Shown here: positions 49,558-63,431 of the stretch, piece by piece | Position numbering within the stretch: position 1 is the stretch's first letter | How the letters are laid out: each line of letters starts with the position of its first letter | Source: Antedon mediterranea | Taxonomy: Eukaryota > Animalia > Echinodermata | Assembly: GCF_964355755.1 (NCBI RefSeq) | Contig: NC_092674.1 | Location: 25,420,001 to 25,484,000 of the forward strand | Length of the DNA stretch: 64,000 bases | Direction of reading: 5' to 3' | Translations under genes and position numbers: made by a program | The notes under the pieces: generated by a model | The model's input: only the letters and a program-made list of their open reading frames with translations | The model's database searches: none | What the model was told of the DNA's origin: nothing

Positions 49558-52374
49558 TTATACAGTGGTAACATAGCTATCAATAATATATTCATAGTTT
49601 GGATCCGACGGCATCTTGTTATCCACTAAGTACCGCTCAGGCGCAAACACCTTTTGATATAAAGGAGCAGCTTGTAGAAATATAGCGCCGATAAAATACA
49701 TGCCACAGCTTATTAAAAGTCCAACGTCGTAAGATCCAGTGAAATCAACACTCATACCTGTGAATTAATAGAGAGCTGATAATGTTCTTTGTGTGACAAT
49801 GATACCTACATATACATCCATTCAATTCAAACGTAACTAAAATATTGTAGGCCTACTAGAACAGTCTAACTTGGATTTTAACAAAACAATTGCAGATTTT
49901 AAAGACCGTTATTTTTCTAATATGTCTTTGACTGACATTTTTGCTCTGATGTACCTAAATATGGTAGTAGGCCTAATATACATAATAGTAATATAATAAT
50001 AATAATCGTGTCCACATCACACTTTTTTCACACAAACTCTGATAGTGTCGACGTAGCTTGTAAGCCACTATATTCTTTTTGTATTACCTATAGCTAGCTT
50101 ACCTCCAACAAGAGTTCCGCAAAAGGAACCAATACCGTAACCTAGACAGGTTAGTACGGTAGATTCTGTATTTCGACGCGAACCAAGCAATTCAATTGTA
50201 GCTAACCAAGGTATGGCATGGAAAATACTTCTCAAAAGTCCCATAGCTGCAAATACATTGGATAAAGTTATTGGTTATTTGTATATTTACAAAAACAGAA
50301 ATATAAGCCTACCTAATATTTACACTAGAACAAACCTGCACTATTCCAATTAAAGGAGTGTGGTAAGAAACTCAATTAAACTGGTTGAGCTAACGTTTTT
50401 TTTTGTTACTATGTCATTGAAAGTAAATAAATGTTTTTAAAAAAGTACTGGGATAGATCCCCTTGCCCCCAAAAACAAATGTGTTTCTCTTAGGTAAGTA
50501 CGATGTGTACTGAACCCAACTCTCTCAATATGAAGTTTAAAATGTTGTTGTTGGGATTCGAACACCGTATATTGACATATAAATCCCACAGTATAATCTT
50601 TCGGCTACTCAGAGGACTCGATGGAAAATATTAATAGATTTGCCAGGCTAAACACGTTTATGAAAAACACTGGATGGTCTGCACAATCACAGAGTATTAG
50701 CACTAGAAATCTTATTGATGCGGCTACTTACATATCACCAGTATAATCATATGTAGTGATGTTCGAACATAAATTAAAACAATCATAATTGCAGCTAAGA
50801 GTAGGTTATTGGGAGGTAGAATATAGAGCTTAGGAAACGTCATCCTATCACCAAACACTACAAAAATTGTCTTTCCGGAAATATCTGCAACAGCAGCTCC
50901 TATTAGAATCCAGGAACTTACGTAAGGTGAAATACCAACGTATTTCATAAAATCAACCTTAAATAAATATAAATAAATATAGGTTAGCATTTGATTTATA
51001 ATCAGTTTTAAGGATGTGTGTAATTTTCACTCGTCGAAAAAAGTGCCACGACTCCCACCCACCCTTCAAAAACCTTGATCTCCACCATTCAACAAGACTC
51101 GTTTGTGTCATATTTTGGCTTCTCGTGATCTGTCCGACTTCTTTTGTGAGAAGAGAATTGGAGAAATTGCATACAAGAATTGGCAAAAATGAAAAGATCA
51201 CGTCTATGAAAATATACTTACTATGTTGACGTATGAGAAGAGAGTGGCTGTAGTAGTAAGTACCATGCCAATGAAAAAGCACCACCATTCAGGATACGTT
51301 AATACGTTCCACAAATTATGTTTTTCGTCTTGTTCTTCATCTTCCTTTACCCCTGTGTCAACGTTTTTTCCACGCTTTACTCTATTGTTAAGACGTGTGT
51401 CCGGTGTCTGCATGAACATACTACAGGTGAATCCAACAATTAATGTTAAGCCGCTATAAATACGTAGAACTGAACGCCACCCGATTGCAGTGAGCAACTT
51501 ACCAACCAAAGGACTTTGTATAAACAAACCTAGAAGAATATTAAAGTTGTAATTAATATAGGAAATTTTGTTTGTTATTCTCAGACAGATCAGCATGTTT
51601 TGCCGTTGCAACAGTAGTAGGTTGAACACATCTGGTCGGACAGAGAAAACAATGAGGAATTTATTGTATATATCTATTCTGGAAGCAAGATTGTTTAGGC
51701 CTAAGCCTGATTCTTTATTACAGAAGATGTGCCCTGTTTACTTACCGACTGTTCCGCCCATACTTGCAAAACATGATACTCGTGTTATTTTCGAAGAATT
51801 TGAGTAGAAAATCTTCATTAGATCTATCGTTACGTAGAATGCGAGGCAAGTACCGGTTGAATACAAAACGCCGTAAGTTATAAATAAACCATGTATAGAC
51901 TGTACGAAGGAAGATGCCAGCAAACTTAGTCCTGCAAGCACTGTACCAGATAAACATATAGTTCTGTATTTAAACCTCTTGAGTAACAGAGCCATCACTA
52001 TAACTAAGGTGTTACTTAGGCCGTAATATGCAGATCCTACCCATCCTGAAAGAGAAAGAAAGTAAATTGCTAGAGACCTTTTATTTGCCACTCCAAAATA
52101 ATTATGTAACTGTCTCCTACTAAAATAGAAATGCATTCAATATTCCCACCATGTCAATTAATCATTCTTAATTCTAAATTGTCATTTTTTTTCTGAGAAC
52201 CTTCTAACCTGTTGCTGTTGTGCTTGAGTTAAATTCTTCCTGAATATAAACAAATATTATTGTGAATGTATAAGCAAATCCCCATAAAACGATACCATAT
52301 ATGAACGACGATAGCACCACGCATAGACCCTTATTTCGGTCGATGGCGGTTGCAATGGAATCACGAAATGTCAT
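49558..52374 (-). CDS. Monocarboxylate transporter-like (SLC16/MFS), copy 1 (~447 aa)
   Basis: Exons 52374-52209, 52045-51746, 51529-51222, 50957-50732, 50246-50103 and 49757-49558, in frame (1344 nt). MCT-like motifs EEFNSS..TGWVGS, GWR..LRI and D.TGSY. Confidence 0.85.
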
Positions 52375-53966
52375 CTTGTCCTTCCAAATGCCAATTTTGG
52401 GCCAAAATGTCTTTCTTGGACGATATCCTACATACAAACGGCGGTGGCTATTTCCTTTTGATTAGTGTATTGCAGATGATTGTGACATGCTTGAATTTAG
52501 CTGGACCTCTGCCAAATAATTAGAGCTGGTAAAGCACTATTAATACAAAGTCTATATTTGTGTTATTAGCTTTGACATACGATTGTAAAAGATAAGTGAT
52601 TTGAACATAATGTACGTTTCACTCTATACGACGTTATGTAGGCTTGATATTGCCGCGTTGTCATAGACTTGTTGATGTTTATTACTGCGCATGTGTATTA
52701 TATTTTCACCTACTCTATTAATATTTTTACCCACCTTTTGTGACGTGTGCAACCAATACAAATTAGTTTGTCCGATTCGTGCGAATATATTCGCCTAACA
52801 TGATGTTACTAACTAATGTACCTCGTGCTTTTAAGCTTGGCCCGACCATGTTGAATAATCTCACTAAAACAATAAAAATTCACCGTATCAGTGACAAACT
52901 TAGAAAATCTTAAAAACACACCATTTTAATAAACAAAAAAGAAATACCAGATAATCGGTTCTTCTGGTAAAGCGCTTTAATCTTAGTAAAAGCGCTATAG
53001 AAATGATAATTCGTAGAAACTTAACCCAAAACTAGTATGACAAAAAAAAAGGTGTGCCTAAAATATGCTAGTGATATGACGTAATCTTATCCATATAATA
53101 TGGGCACACTACATTGTTTTGTCACATAAAGTTTGATAGTGTAGAGAGGGTTTCCTACCCGTATTGCATCTGGCACCAGATCCAAATTTGGCATCATTTT
53201 AGAAGTTGAAATTTCAAATTGACGGCAATGATGGTCATAAAATCATAATAAACCGTTGAGTGCGCAATTTCCCTATGCTTATGCAAAGTTTCTACCTTTT
53301 ATGTTGTAAAGCTACTCCTATTATTGCATTCTTTCTTGTGTGTGTGAATAGAGATGAACAATGTTGGGTAACACAAATTAAAAATGTATTATTTAATTAT
53401 TATTATTATTTTGGATACGTATTCATGGTTATAGTACAATGCATTGATAACAAAATTAGAAATTATTTTTAAAAAGTGTTTGCTGACTGCAAATATAAAT
53501 CAATACATAAAAAATATTGAATCATCATAATCAAAGTTGATTGAAGACACTGTGGACCTTAACTCAAATTAGAAAATTAGGCTGTTTCTATCCATTTTCT
53601 AAGCCCCAATTAGATTTATTTGCAAAGTTTGTCTACACATACTTGTAATTACGGTATTGACTTAGGCCTACTTGCTGTTGGATGTACATAAATAGAACAT
53701 CATTTTTCTAAATTTATTATTTGTGCGTATAACAACAGAATTAAGTATTTATATTAATTATTATTGCTTCTAGGTTATTTTTTTCGGCCTATACCTCGAG
53801 CGGCTGCCTAAAACTCTGCTCCCCGGGTGTTGAGAAAAAACCTAATTTTGGGAGATCGTCACGTTTTATCCCTTTTCCCTTTTTGTATGTACAAATTACA
53901 TGTCAATCCGTCGGGTTTTTGTCGTCCATGTTGCAATGTACAGTACTGTAACACTCATTTTAAATT

Positions 53967-56900
53967 TTATACAGTCGTGATATAGCTATCAATAATATAT
54001 TCATAACTGATCTCTATTTTATCTGACGCCATCTTGTTATCCACTAAGTATCTCTCAGACGCAAACACCTTTTGGTATAAAGGAGCAGCTTGTAGAAATA
54101 TAGCGCCAACAATCAACATGCCACAGCTTATTAAAAGTCCAACGTCGTAAGATCCGGTGAAATCAACACTCAGACCTGTGAATTAATAGTTAATAAATAA
54201 TTTCGAGTATACAAAAGAAACAATTAAGCTTAACCAGAAACCCATTTACGATTACGGTTTTTTCTTGTTTAATGTTTAATATTGTTGTGTAAGTAGAGTA
54301 TGTATAGGGCGAGATAAAATCTGTTTTAAAATATAGCTTACCTCCAACAAGTGTTCCACAAAACGAACCAATACCGTACCCTAGACAGGTTAGTACGGTA
54401 GATTCTGTATTTCGACGTGAACCAAGCAATTCAATTGTAGCTAAGTAAGGTATAGAGTGGAAAATACTTCTAAGAAAACCCATACCTGCAAACAATAATT
54501 AAAAATAAACTTGTTTAAGGTAATTTCGTGTGTGAGTTCTATTGCACGTAAAACTGATATTTCATGGCACTATTGCATGTCCAGCTTTCCACATTGGTTG
54601 GTAGATTATTTGAAGGTGAAGGTATGTCTTTGTTTTTTGTTTTTTTTTTTCGTTTTCTTTTTCATCTTTTATTCTTTTTCAATTTGTTTCATTTCTTTTT
54701 TGGTTTTAAATTTTTCAATTCCTTGTTCTTTGTCTAGAATGTTTTTATTGTTGTTAAATATCTTTTGTTCTTTGTTATTTTGTATTACTGGTAATTTTCC
54801 ATTTTTATTTTTTTTAATTCGCTTTTTTCTATTTTCCAGATTTTTTAGTAGGTGTGTTTTACGGTATTAAACAAATCATGAATATTTTGTAACTTAATTT
54901 TCAATAATTTTCCCTTTTTTTTAAACAGTTTTTTTCTTCTTTTTTTTCTTTTATTATTTTCTTGTTGTTTTCTTCCCCCCCCCCCCTTTTTTTTTTCTTT
55001 TTTAAATTGTTTTCTTCACAGCCAAAATATGAGCTCTTTTTAGCTTCCGATCAGCCTGGGTGCCTTTGACAATGCTTCAAGATGGGAACAGCGAATTAAT
55101 CAAATAACATTTATTTTAGAACAGTGTCTAGCTGTTGTAAAACAAATAATTAATGTTTTATATCACTGGAATGGCGAGTATTATTAAAGAGGGAGATCAT
55201 TTAGATTATTGGAAGCTTGGCTGTTTAAAACAGTCAATCTTGAAACATTTTTCTTTGTATACTTACATATCACCAGTATAATCATATGTAGTGACGTTCG
55301 AGCATAAATTAAAACAATCATAATTGCAGCTAAGAGTATGTTATTGGGAGGTAGAATATAGAGCTTAGGAAACGTCATCCTATCACCAAACACTGCTAAG
55401 AAAGTCTTTCCACAAGCTTCTGCTACAGCAGACCCTGTTAGGATCCAGGAGCTTACGTAAGGTGAAATACCAGCGGACTTCATAAAATCAACCTTAAATA
55501 TATTTAAAGAAATACTAGGTTACTTACACAAATAAGCACAAAACTGTTTCATTATTTAAACAAATTAATTATATAAGCCTAAGTTATAGGTTGTTTTCGG
55601 TTTTGATGATAAATGTGACATTTTTTCGGTTGAAAATGGGAATACGCGTGCCACGACCCCCTTCAAACACCATCAACAGAAATCTCTACGAGCCACGGAG
55701 AGGTGGGTACGTCTGGGAAGCAGTCCGCATTCTATTGGAACGGGACAGGAATATGAGAGATCGCTTTCCAATTTTGACTGAATACTGTACCTATTTCACT
55801 CATGCCCATAAAAATATACTTACTATGTTGACGTATGAGAAAAGAGTGGCTGTGGTAGTAAGCACCATGCCAATTAAAAAGAACCACCATTCTAGACACG
55901 TCAATACGTTCCACAAATTGTGTTCTTCTTCCTGTTTATACACAACACCATATAAGTACAGTAATAGTCACATCGGTTAACATTTATTATATATTTAATA
56001 CCAGCCACTGCCGTGGTACCTTACTCTCAATAACAAAATACCTTAGTAATTATTGCTTATTTATGTATTATATATTTATGCTACTACTTCGATCTACACA
56101 CCTTAAATAATTTAATTCTTAATTGTTATTTGGCTATTTCGGGGGCTACTCTTGTCATACTAGTTCGCTGTGTTACGGATATTTTATGAGACCTGAGTAG
56201 GACCCAGGTGAATTCCACTGAGTGTCGGTAAATTATTAGTACCGAGTAGGCCTACGTGGAATATAATATTTTATTGGGGGCGAGATAATTGTCAAGAATT
56301 ATACCAGCCCAATTGAACGACTAGCTAAGTAGCACCATAATAGTAAGATGGGATGATGATGGGGATGGTTGGGTGGGAAAATAAAATCTGACTGATGCTA
56401 GCGAGTTGCTGTAACATCAATGATACGTGTCCAGTTTGTTATACTATGTATAGTCAATCTGATCTATTTGATAGGGACACCTGTTTTTATAAATATGTCG
56501 CCTAGTCTTTTAAGTTTAATTTATTAGTACGGTAACCTTGTGTAAAATACCAATTCTCCTTAAAAAGTAGACTAACCCATCCATCAACTGTCACTTGTTG
56601 AGGTCACTATAGTGTAGGTATAATTATCTATTGACATACGTCAATACGTTCCACAAATTGTGTTCTTCTTCCTGTTCTGGTTTCGTTGTCGTCTCATCAA
56701 CGTCTCTTCCACTTTTTACTTTATTTTCATGACGTGTGTCTGGTGTCTGCATGAACATACTACAGGTCAGTCCAACAATTAATGTTAAGCCGCTATAAAT
56801 ACGTAGAACTGAACGCCACCCGATTGCAATGAGCAACTTACCAACCAAAGGACTTTGTATAAAAAAGCCTGAAGAAGAAGAAGAAGAAGAAAAAGAAGAA

Positions 56901-58291
56901 GAAGAAAAGGAATCATGATATTATAACATTGTCCGTCGTTGCAACAGTCTATCGAACAGGAGGTATTGGAAGTTATATTTATTAAAATACTATTCTCAGT
57001 AGCATATCCTTTTATATTTTAGAGCACTTACCGATTGTTACGCCCAAAGTCGCAAAACACGAGACCCGAGTTATTTTCGGAGAGTTTGCGTAGTGCATCT
57101 TTATTAAATCTATCGATGTATAGAATGCGAGACAAGTACCAAACGAATACAAAACGCCGTAAGTTATAAATAAACTATGTATAGATTGTACGAAGGAAGA
57201 TGCCAGCAAACTTAGTCCTGCAAGCATTATACCAGATAAACATATAGTTCTGTATTTAAATTTCTTGAGTAAGAGAGCCATCACTATAACTAAGGTGTTA
57301 GCTAGGCCGTAATAAGCTGCTCCAACCCATCCTGAAAAGAGAAATTCATGTTACCGTCATTTAGTTTGGGGAGCCAGAAATGGTTTACCTGCACCCTCTA
57401 GCAAACTATGTTAAAAACGTTTTTTACCGGCCTTCCTTATATCAATACAAATCAATTTTATTGCTGTTTACCGAAACAAATTGGATGCTTGGTCAGTACA
57501 GGGGTCAATATGGTCAAGGTTAAGACTTGGGGTAGGCCTAACTTACTGGGTACCTACTGGGTGTATTGGTATAGTTTTTGTGACAAAGACCCATATTTAT
57601 ATTCACTCTAATGGGCAACTTTGGGAAACCCCCTTTCTCACCACTGGTCAAGAAATTGGCCATATGAATATCTCAGCAACCACTGGTCAGAAAGTGATAA
57701 ATGTGGTCTCAAATATAATTGTTCTAATGTAATAAAAATCATAAAACTGTCAATAAACCCCAAATTTTGACCTTTGACATAATAGCCGGTACAAACATTT
57801 TTAGCTTAGAGCACACTTTTCATATCTCAGAAATTGTTGGGCGGATATGGTCGTAGTTGGTGTTCCTCCAGGAATATACTCGTAGCTAGATGATATTAAT
57901 TCTCAAGATAATTGACGGACAAAATAGTGCTGCTAAGGAAAGAATAAATAAAGATCCTGACAAAATCAATAAGGTTATATGCATGATAATGCATCCATAT
58001 AACCTAAATATTTATACAAGACAATGGATAGAATAGTAAATGACCTTCTATCAAATTATTCCCGCCACATGTCAATTAATCATTCTTAATTCAAAATTTT
58101 CAATTATTTTTGAGAACCTTCTAACCTGTTGCTGTTGTACTGGAGTTAAATTCTTCCTGAATATAAACAAATAGTATTGAGAATGTATAGCCAAATCCCC
58201 ATAAAACGATACCAAAGATGAACGACGATAGCACCACGCATAGATCCTTATTTCGATCGATGGCGGTTGATATGGAATCACGAAACGTCAT
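53967..58291 (-). CDS. Monocarboxylate transporter-like (SLC16/MFS), copy 2; exon 3 interrupted
   Basis: Exons 58291-58126, 57331-57032, 56868-~56648, 55932-55823, 55492-55267, 54485-54342 and 54175-53967. Function depends on splicing out the insertion at 55937-56637. Confidence 0.7.
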
Positions 58292-59475
58292 GTTGTCTTT
58301 CAATCATCAATAAATCATGGTCCAAAATGTCTTTCTCAGACAATATCCTATAGGAAAGACGCTGGCTGTTTCCTTTCGATTAGTCATGCATTGCAGCTTA
58401 TCGTGACATGGCTTGAATTTAGCTGAACCTCTGCCAAATAATTTGAGCTGGTAAGCCTACGGTTAGCCCTATTATTATATATATTGTATTATATTACAAA
58501 GTCTATAATTATTTGTGTTATCAGCTTTATCATACAATTATAAAAGATAACTGATTTGAACAGTTCACGTTTCACTCTATACGACGTTATGTAGGCTTGA
58601 TATTGCCGCGTTGTCATAGACTTCTTGATGTTAGTGCACATGCGTATTGATATTTTTACCAATACAAATTAGTTTGTCCGATTCGCGGGAATATAATTGC
58701 CTAACATGATGTTAACTATCGTTAACTTGGCCCGACCATGTTGAATAATCTCACTAAAACAATACGAAATTCACCGTATCACTGACAAATTTGAACATCT
58801 TAAAACGCACATTTTTACAACAAAATATATGTTTACCAGATGATCGGTTCTTCTTGTAAACGCTTTAATCTTAGTAAAAGAAATAGGAATAATAATTAAA
58901 AAAATAAATAAATTAAAAAAAATAATAAAATAGAAATGATAATGTTAATACAATTCGTAGAAAACCATAAGGTGGAGTGAACAACATGATACGATTATTC
59001 TTATTGTCATAGGCCTTAGCTCTGTCTAAACTATTTTGGGATAAAGTGGGTCCGCAATGACAAAATCTCCAAACAATATAATAGGCCTATGCACTTTTAG
59101 TTTCTATGACAAGCCCGGCCCATTGGATGGTGAATACCTTTCTTACAACTACAAAATGACCTATTCAAAGTCTTATATAGTTAATGTTCATTCTTCATGT
59201 TTTGATAGAGGAACAATACATCTTTAAGCAGTAAACAGTAACTTTGTATTGTAATGTAACACATCTTTGATTGAACTTTGGGTAAACATTGGGGGCGCAA
59301 TTGTGAGCTGTTACGTAAGAACAACCCTGCGATGACGTAGGACTACTTTATGTAAACAACATCCCACCAAATCAGCAGTCAGGGCCACAATTAATAAAAG
59401 ATAAAGTTCAACTGGTGATGGATTCGCCAAGGAACGGTTTCGAAAAACATCTTCAAACATTCGTTAACCTTCGCT

Positions 59476-62393
59476 ATGAATTTACCGACGGAAGTAAGTA
59501 GAAATAGTTTGCATACAGTCCATATATTAAAGCTAGACCAGGCCTAGCCCTACTCTAGTATTTAGCTAGTAGGCCTCCTACTAGGCCTAGGGGGCCTAGG
59601 CCTAAAACTATTCTGGTGGTAGCCACCAACCAAGTATCTAATCTAGGCCTAGTCCTACAGTAGGCCACCTATAGTATTATAAATAAAAGTAAAACAAAAT
59701 TCCTAGAAAGCAGGAAGCCTTCGCCAAGTTTGCTGCCCTGCCTGTGTATATTAATATATATAAATGGCTGGCTGTTTTACTTCTCGTTTTGATTTAGCTT
59801 TTCACTCTTATTTTGTATCTCCATTGAGATCCAGCTACTGATACCCACAGCATTGTCATTTTTTCAGTAATTTGCCTTTGGATTAATATATATAAATATA
59901 TATAATATATAATATTATCATTACAGTAATACTGTAGTAGTTTTAAGAGCACTCATATAGTAATACGACTTGTCATTGTCATGTGATAATTAGTCATATG
60001 CACTATACTAGCTACATAATCTAGCACTATTTCTAGCTTACAAAATTTACAGTACTGAGTACAATACATCTCAATTGATTAAAATAAACTACGCCTATAC
60101 ATTACAATTCATAGCAATTGTATAGGCTGGTCCACACACACCCACACTTTAATTCAAACATATTACAATAAATCTACTGTTGTACCCTACCAGCAAATTA
60201 AATTTAATATAACACGGTTCTCAATTGATTTCATAGTATTTCTAATTTCAGTGACATTTATTATTTTACAATTCTAAGTATGGTAATGCCTAGATTGTAT
60301 ATTGTTACCATTATTATTTTATTTGTAAAATGCTATTCATATGCTCTCCCTGGCAATACTATTTTCATGGAAGGACCAGCATATTTCAATAATTAATTTT
60401 TCGCTCTGCTCATGGTATAAAGTCTATTAGTTTTCTTTATATATTAATCATGCCTTGTAATTTGTCATAGAGCGGTTATATGAGGCTTTTAATTACTGAA
60501 ATCACAGTAATAGTTTTATATAATTTTGTCTTTCAGATTCTGTCGTATATTTTTGAATTTCTGAATTTTGGTGATAGACAAGAAGCAGCCTTAGTATGTA
60601 AGAGATGGCATGATGCCTCTCTGCATCCAGGACTCCACAAGAATGTTTCCATCTTGTACGAAACACCTGTATACTCAGAAACACCTCTGAAAAATTTACC
60701 ACGACGGAGAACACCTCATCTAGCTCTGTCGCAAGTCGACTGTTCCAACAACTCGAAGAAGTTTCTACTAGACGTATGCATGTACTTCAGCGAGGGCCTG
60801 CAGTCGCTTTCTTTAAAAGGCTCAGGAGTTACTGAGAGTATGTTTATGGGTATGCTTGTGTATTGTGCCAATGTGACCCACCTTGATTTATCAGCGTGCA
60901 ATAGTTTGTGTATGTCTGGTAAATTGTTTGAAACTAATGACGGTATCAATCTAGGCCAGGCTTCTTTAAACAACGTTCAACATCTGTATTTGAACTTGAA
61001 TCGGTACTTGTCGGATGCGTTGCTATCTCGCATTGTTTCCTGTGTGCCAAATATACGTGGACTTTCCTTGGCGGCGTGCAATATTCTCTTTAATTACAAT
61101 GATAGTCATTCTAAAAATCTATCAGTGACTGTTCTTAGTTTTAAAAATCTGTTGAACTTGTTGACGGTAAATACTAGTTTGTTGGTGATGCTTGACTTAA
61201 GCCGTACGAATATAACAAACTCGGCCCTTGGTGCATTAGCTTCAGTTCCTGGCCTAAGATTGCAGACGTTTGTTTTGCAGAACTGTCGGCAGGTTGGTAA
61301 TTCAGGTGTAATTGATTTTGTAAAAGTGCAAGACAACTTACATCACCTTGATCTTGGAGGCTGCCATCTTATTGGAGATCCATGCGTAACTGCACTATGT
61401 TCAAGTACAGTGCAATTGTATAGTTTAAAGCTAAAGAAATGCCGACTTATCTCGACCGTATCGCTAGAGAATTTAAGTAGCCTACCTAAGTTGAAGCATT
61501 TTGAGATATCCGAGTGCTATCAAGGTGACCCTAAGTGGCTGATAAAAGGATTTGAGATGGGAACTCTTGGTAATTTAACCTCTTTACATATGCCATCCTG
61601 CACTATAGTGACTGATGCCTTTGTATGCTGTCTTGCTGAGCACTACCCACAACTTGAAGAATTGGATCTATCGTCTTGTATACTGTTGACTGACACAGGT
61701 TTCCTTGCAATCTCGAAACACCTCCATCAACTAACTCTTCTCAGGCTAGCATGGTGTCAAGAACTAACAGACCTTGGTTTACTGGGTGTTACTCTGCAAT
61801 CCTTCGATAATGATGGCAATGGCAACAAGCCTTCTGATGCGTTAACAAGTGGGTTTACTCATTCTCACAGCAATATTGGCTTCTTTAAAGGACCGAGCTT
61901 TGATTCAAAAACAAAGTACCTAACTGAAACCGAGATACTGTCTAAAGCTAATGAGGCCAATGCAAATCTGTTAAGTCTAAAGAAACTCAATGTGCTTGAT
62001 TTAACAGCATGCAAATCTATCACTGATTTAAGCTTCCATAGGTGTTTTCAATTCAAGGACCTACAATTTCTCAGCATCAAAATGTGTAATTTTTTAACAG
62101 ATAAAGGACTCCATTCCGTTACTTTTAACAATCCAGCATTGCAGATGTTAGACATAAGTCATTGTCACCAAATCACTGACATAGGCTTAGCTTACGTGGC
62201 TAAGAAGCTCAGCCGTCTTATAACATTACATATGTCAAATTTAGACTTGGTGACCAACGCTACACTGGAGCTTATCTCAATCTATAATCTAAGGCTCAAT
62301 AAAATTGATGTGTCTTTATGTCGTAAAATTACAGTTTCGGCCGTACAGAGGCTGCAAACAAAGTTAGTTGCGCTTAAAGTTGTAAACATGTGA
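59476..62393 (+). CDS. F-box / leucine-rich-repeat protein (FBXL family, possibly LRRC29/FBXL9-like), ~624 aa
   Basis: Exon 59476-59493 (MNLPTE|gtaagt) spliced to 60537 (tttcag|ILSYIFEFL..ALVCKRW) rebuilds the F-box motif LPxEIL. Many Cys-containing LRRs follow (LDLSSCILLTDTG, LDISHCHQITDIG). Confidence 0.9.
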
Positions 62394-63431
62394 ATGATGC
62401 AGATCTATAGCATCTATAGCTGTACAGTTGCGACAATTCCACCCCATATATCCCATCAGGAGTTTTCAAAAGCTTCTCCCTTTTTAAGGCTAAAATGATG
62501 ATCTGACTTTTTATCTGTCGCAGTCTATTCATTTTTTTTCACTGCCATGTTTGAAAGTTGATCAACATTGTTTACTTTCTTGACAAACAATTTCCAACAT
62601 GTGACTGCGTAAATTTAGAAATGAAATCAAAGATCGTAGTAATGAAAACACACTCTTACCTTATCATCTTCAATAGAAAGTCTGACAAATACTATATTAT
62701 CTATCTCTATTACAATTTACATATGGATATATGTTAACATAATGATTATATATTGGACAATATTATTTAATTTAAGGACTATTTATATTTGAAGGATAAT
62801 ACATTTTGAGGACAAAATACTAGGAAATGGCGAAACCAGTTGTCAATAATGAATTGGGTATCAAAGCATAAAAAAACTGTTTAGGGCGCTAGTTTATTAT
62901 ACTATGTCGTTTTTTGTTAAATCTATACCTAACTCGGAAATTTTTTTAGTGACGTCATCCCGGTTCACACCGTTTACCTTTCTTTTATAAATGTTTGTAA
63001 ATACCCAGTGTTGGTTGACTCCTTAACTTAATTACTAAATAATTTAATTGTTAATTATTACTCAAAAAAAGGTATAATATTTATTATATTATAATTTATA
63101 ATTTATTTTATTGATATATCACATATAATGATATGACTTTTAACTTGAGAAAAGAGAATAAATACTTCAATAAAAATTAATAAAATCAAGATTTTTTTTA
63201 TCAAATTATTTTATATTTCATTCACTTGTCATCAGATCATCGAATAAAAAATAACTTATTGTCTAAAGGCCATCTTGGCGTTTCATAGTATGGGGAGGCT
63301 ACTAGTACTTTAGATATGCATAATGCGGAGGTATATTCAGAGCGTCATTTCGACGATGGAGCATTCTCTACTTCTACGGAGCGCCATTTATGCCTTTATT
63401 TACTTCCGAATTAGAAATAGTACTACGGTAA

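Noticed and set aside
54511-54870. Hydrophobic Phe-rich ORFs (also 18228-18464)
   Set aside because: T-rich low-complexity intron or LINE UTR sequence, with no gene structure.
60480-60536. ORF-track N-terminus MRLLITEITVIVLYNFVFQ of the F-box protein
   Set aside because: It is intronic polypyrimidine/acceptor sequence. The upstream exon restores the F-box LPxEIL motif.
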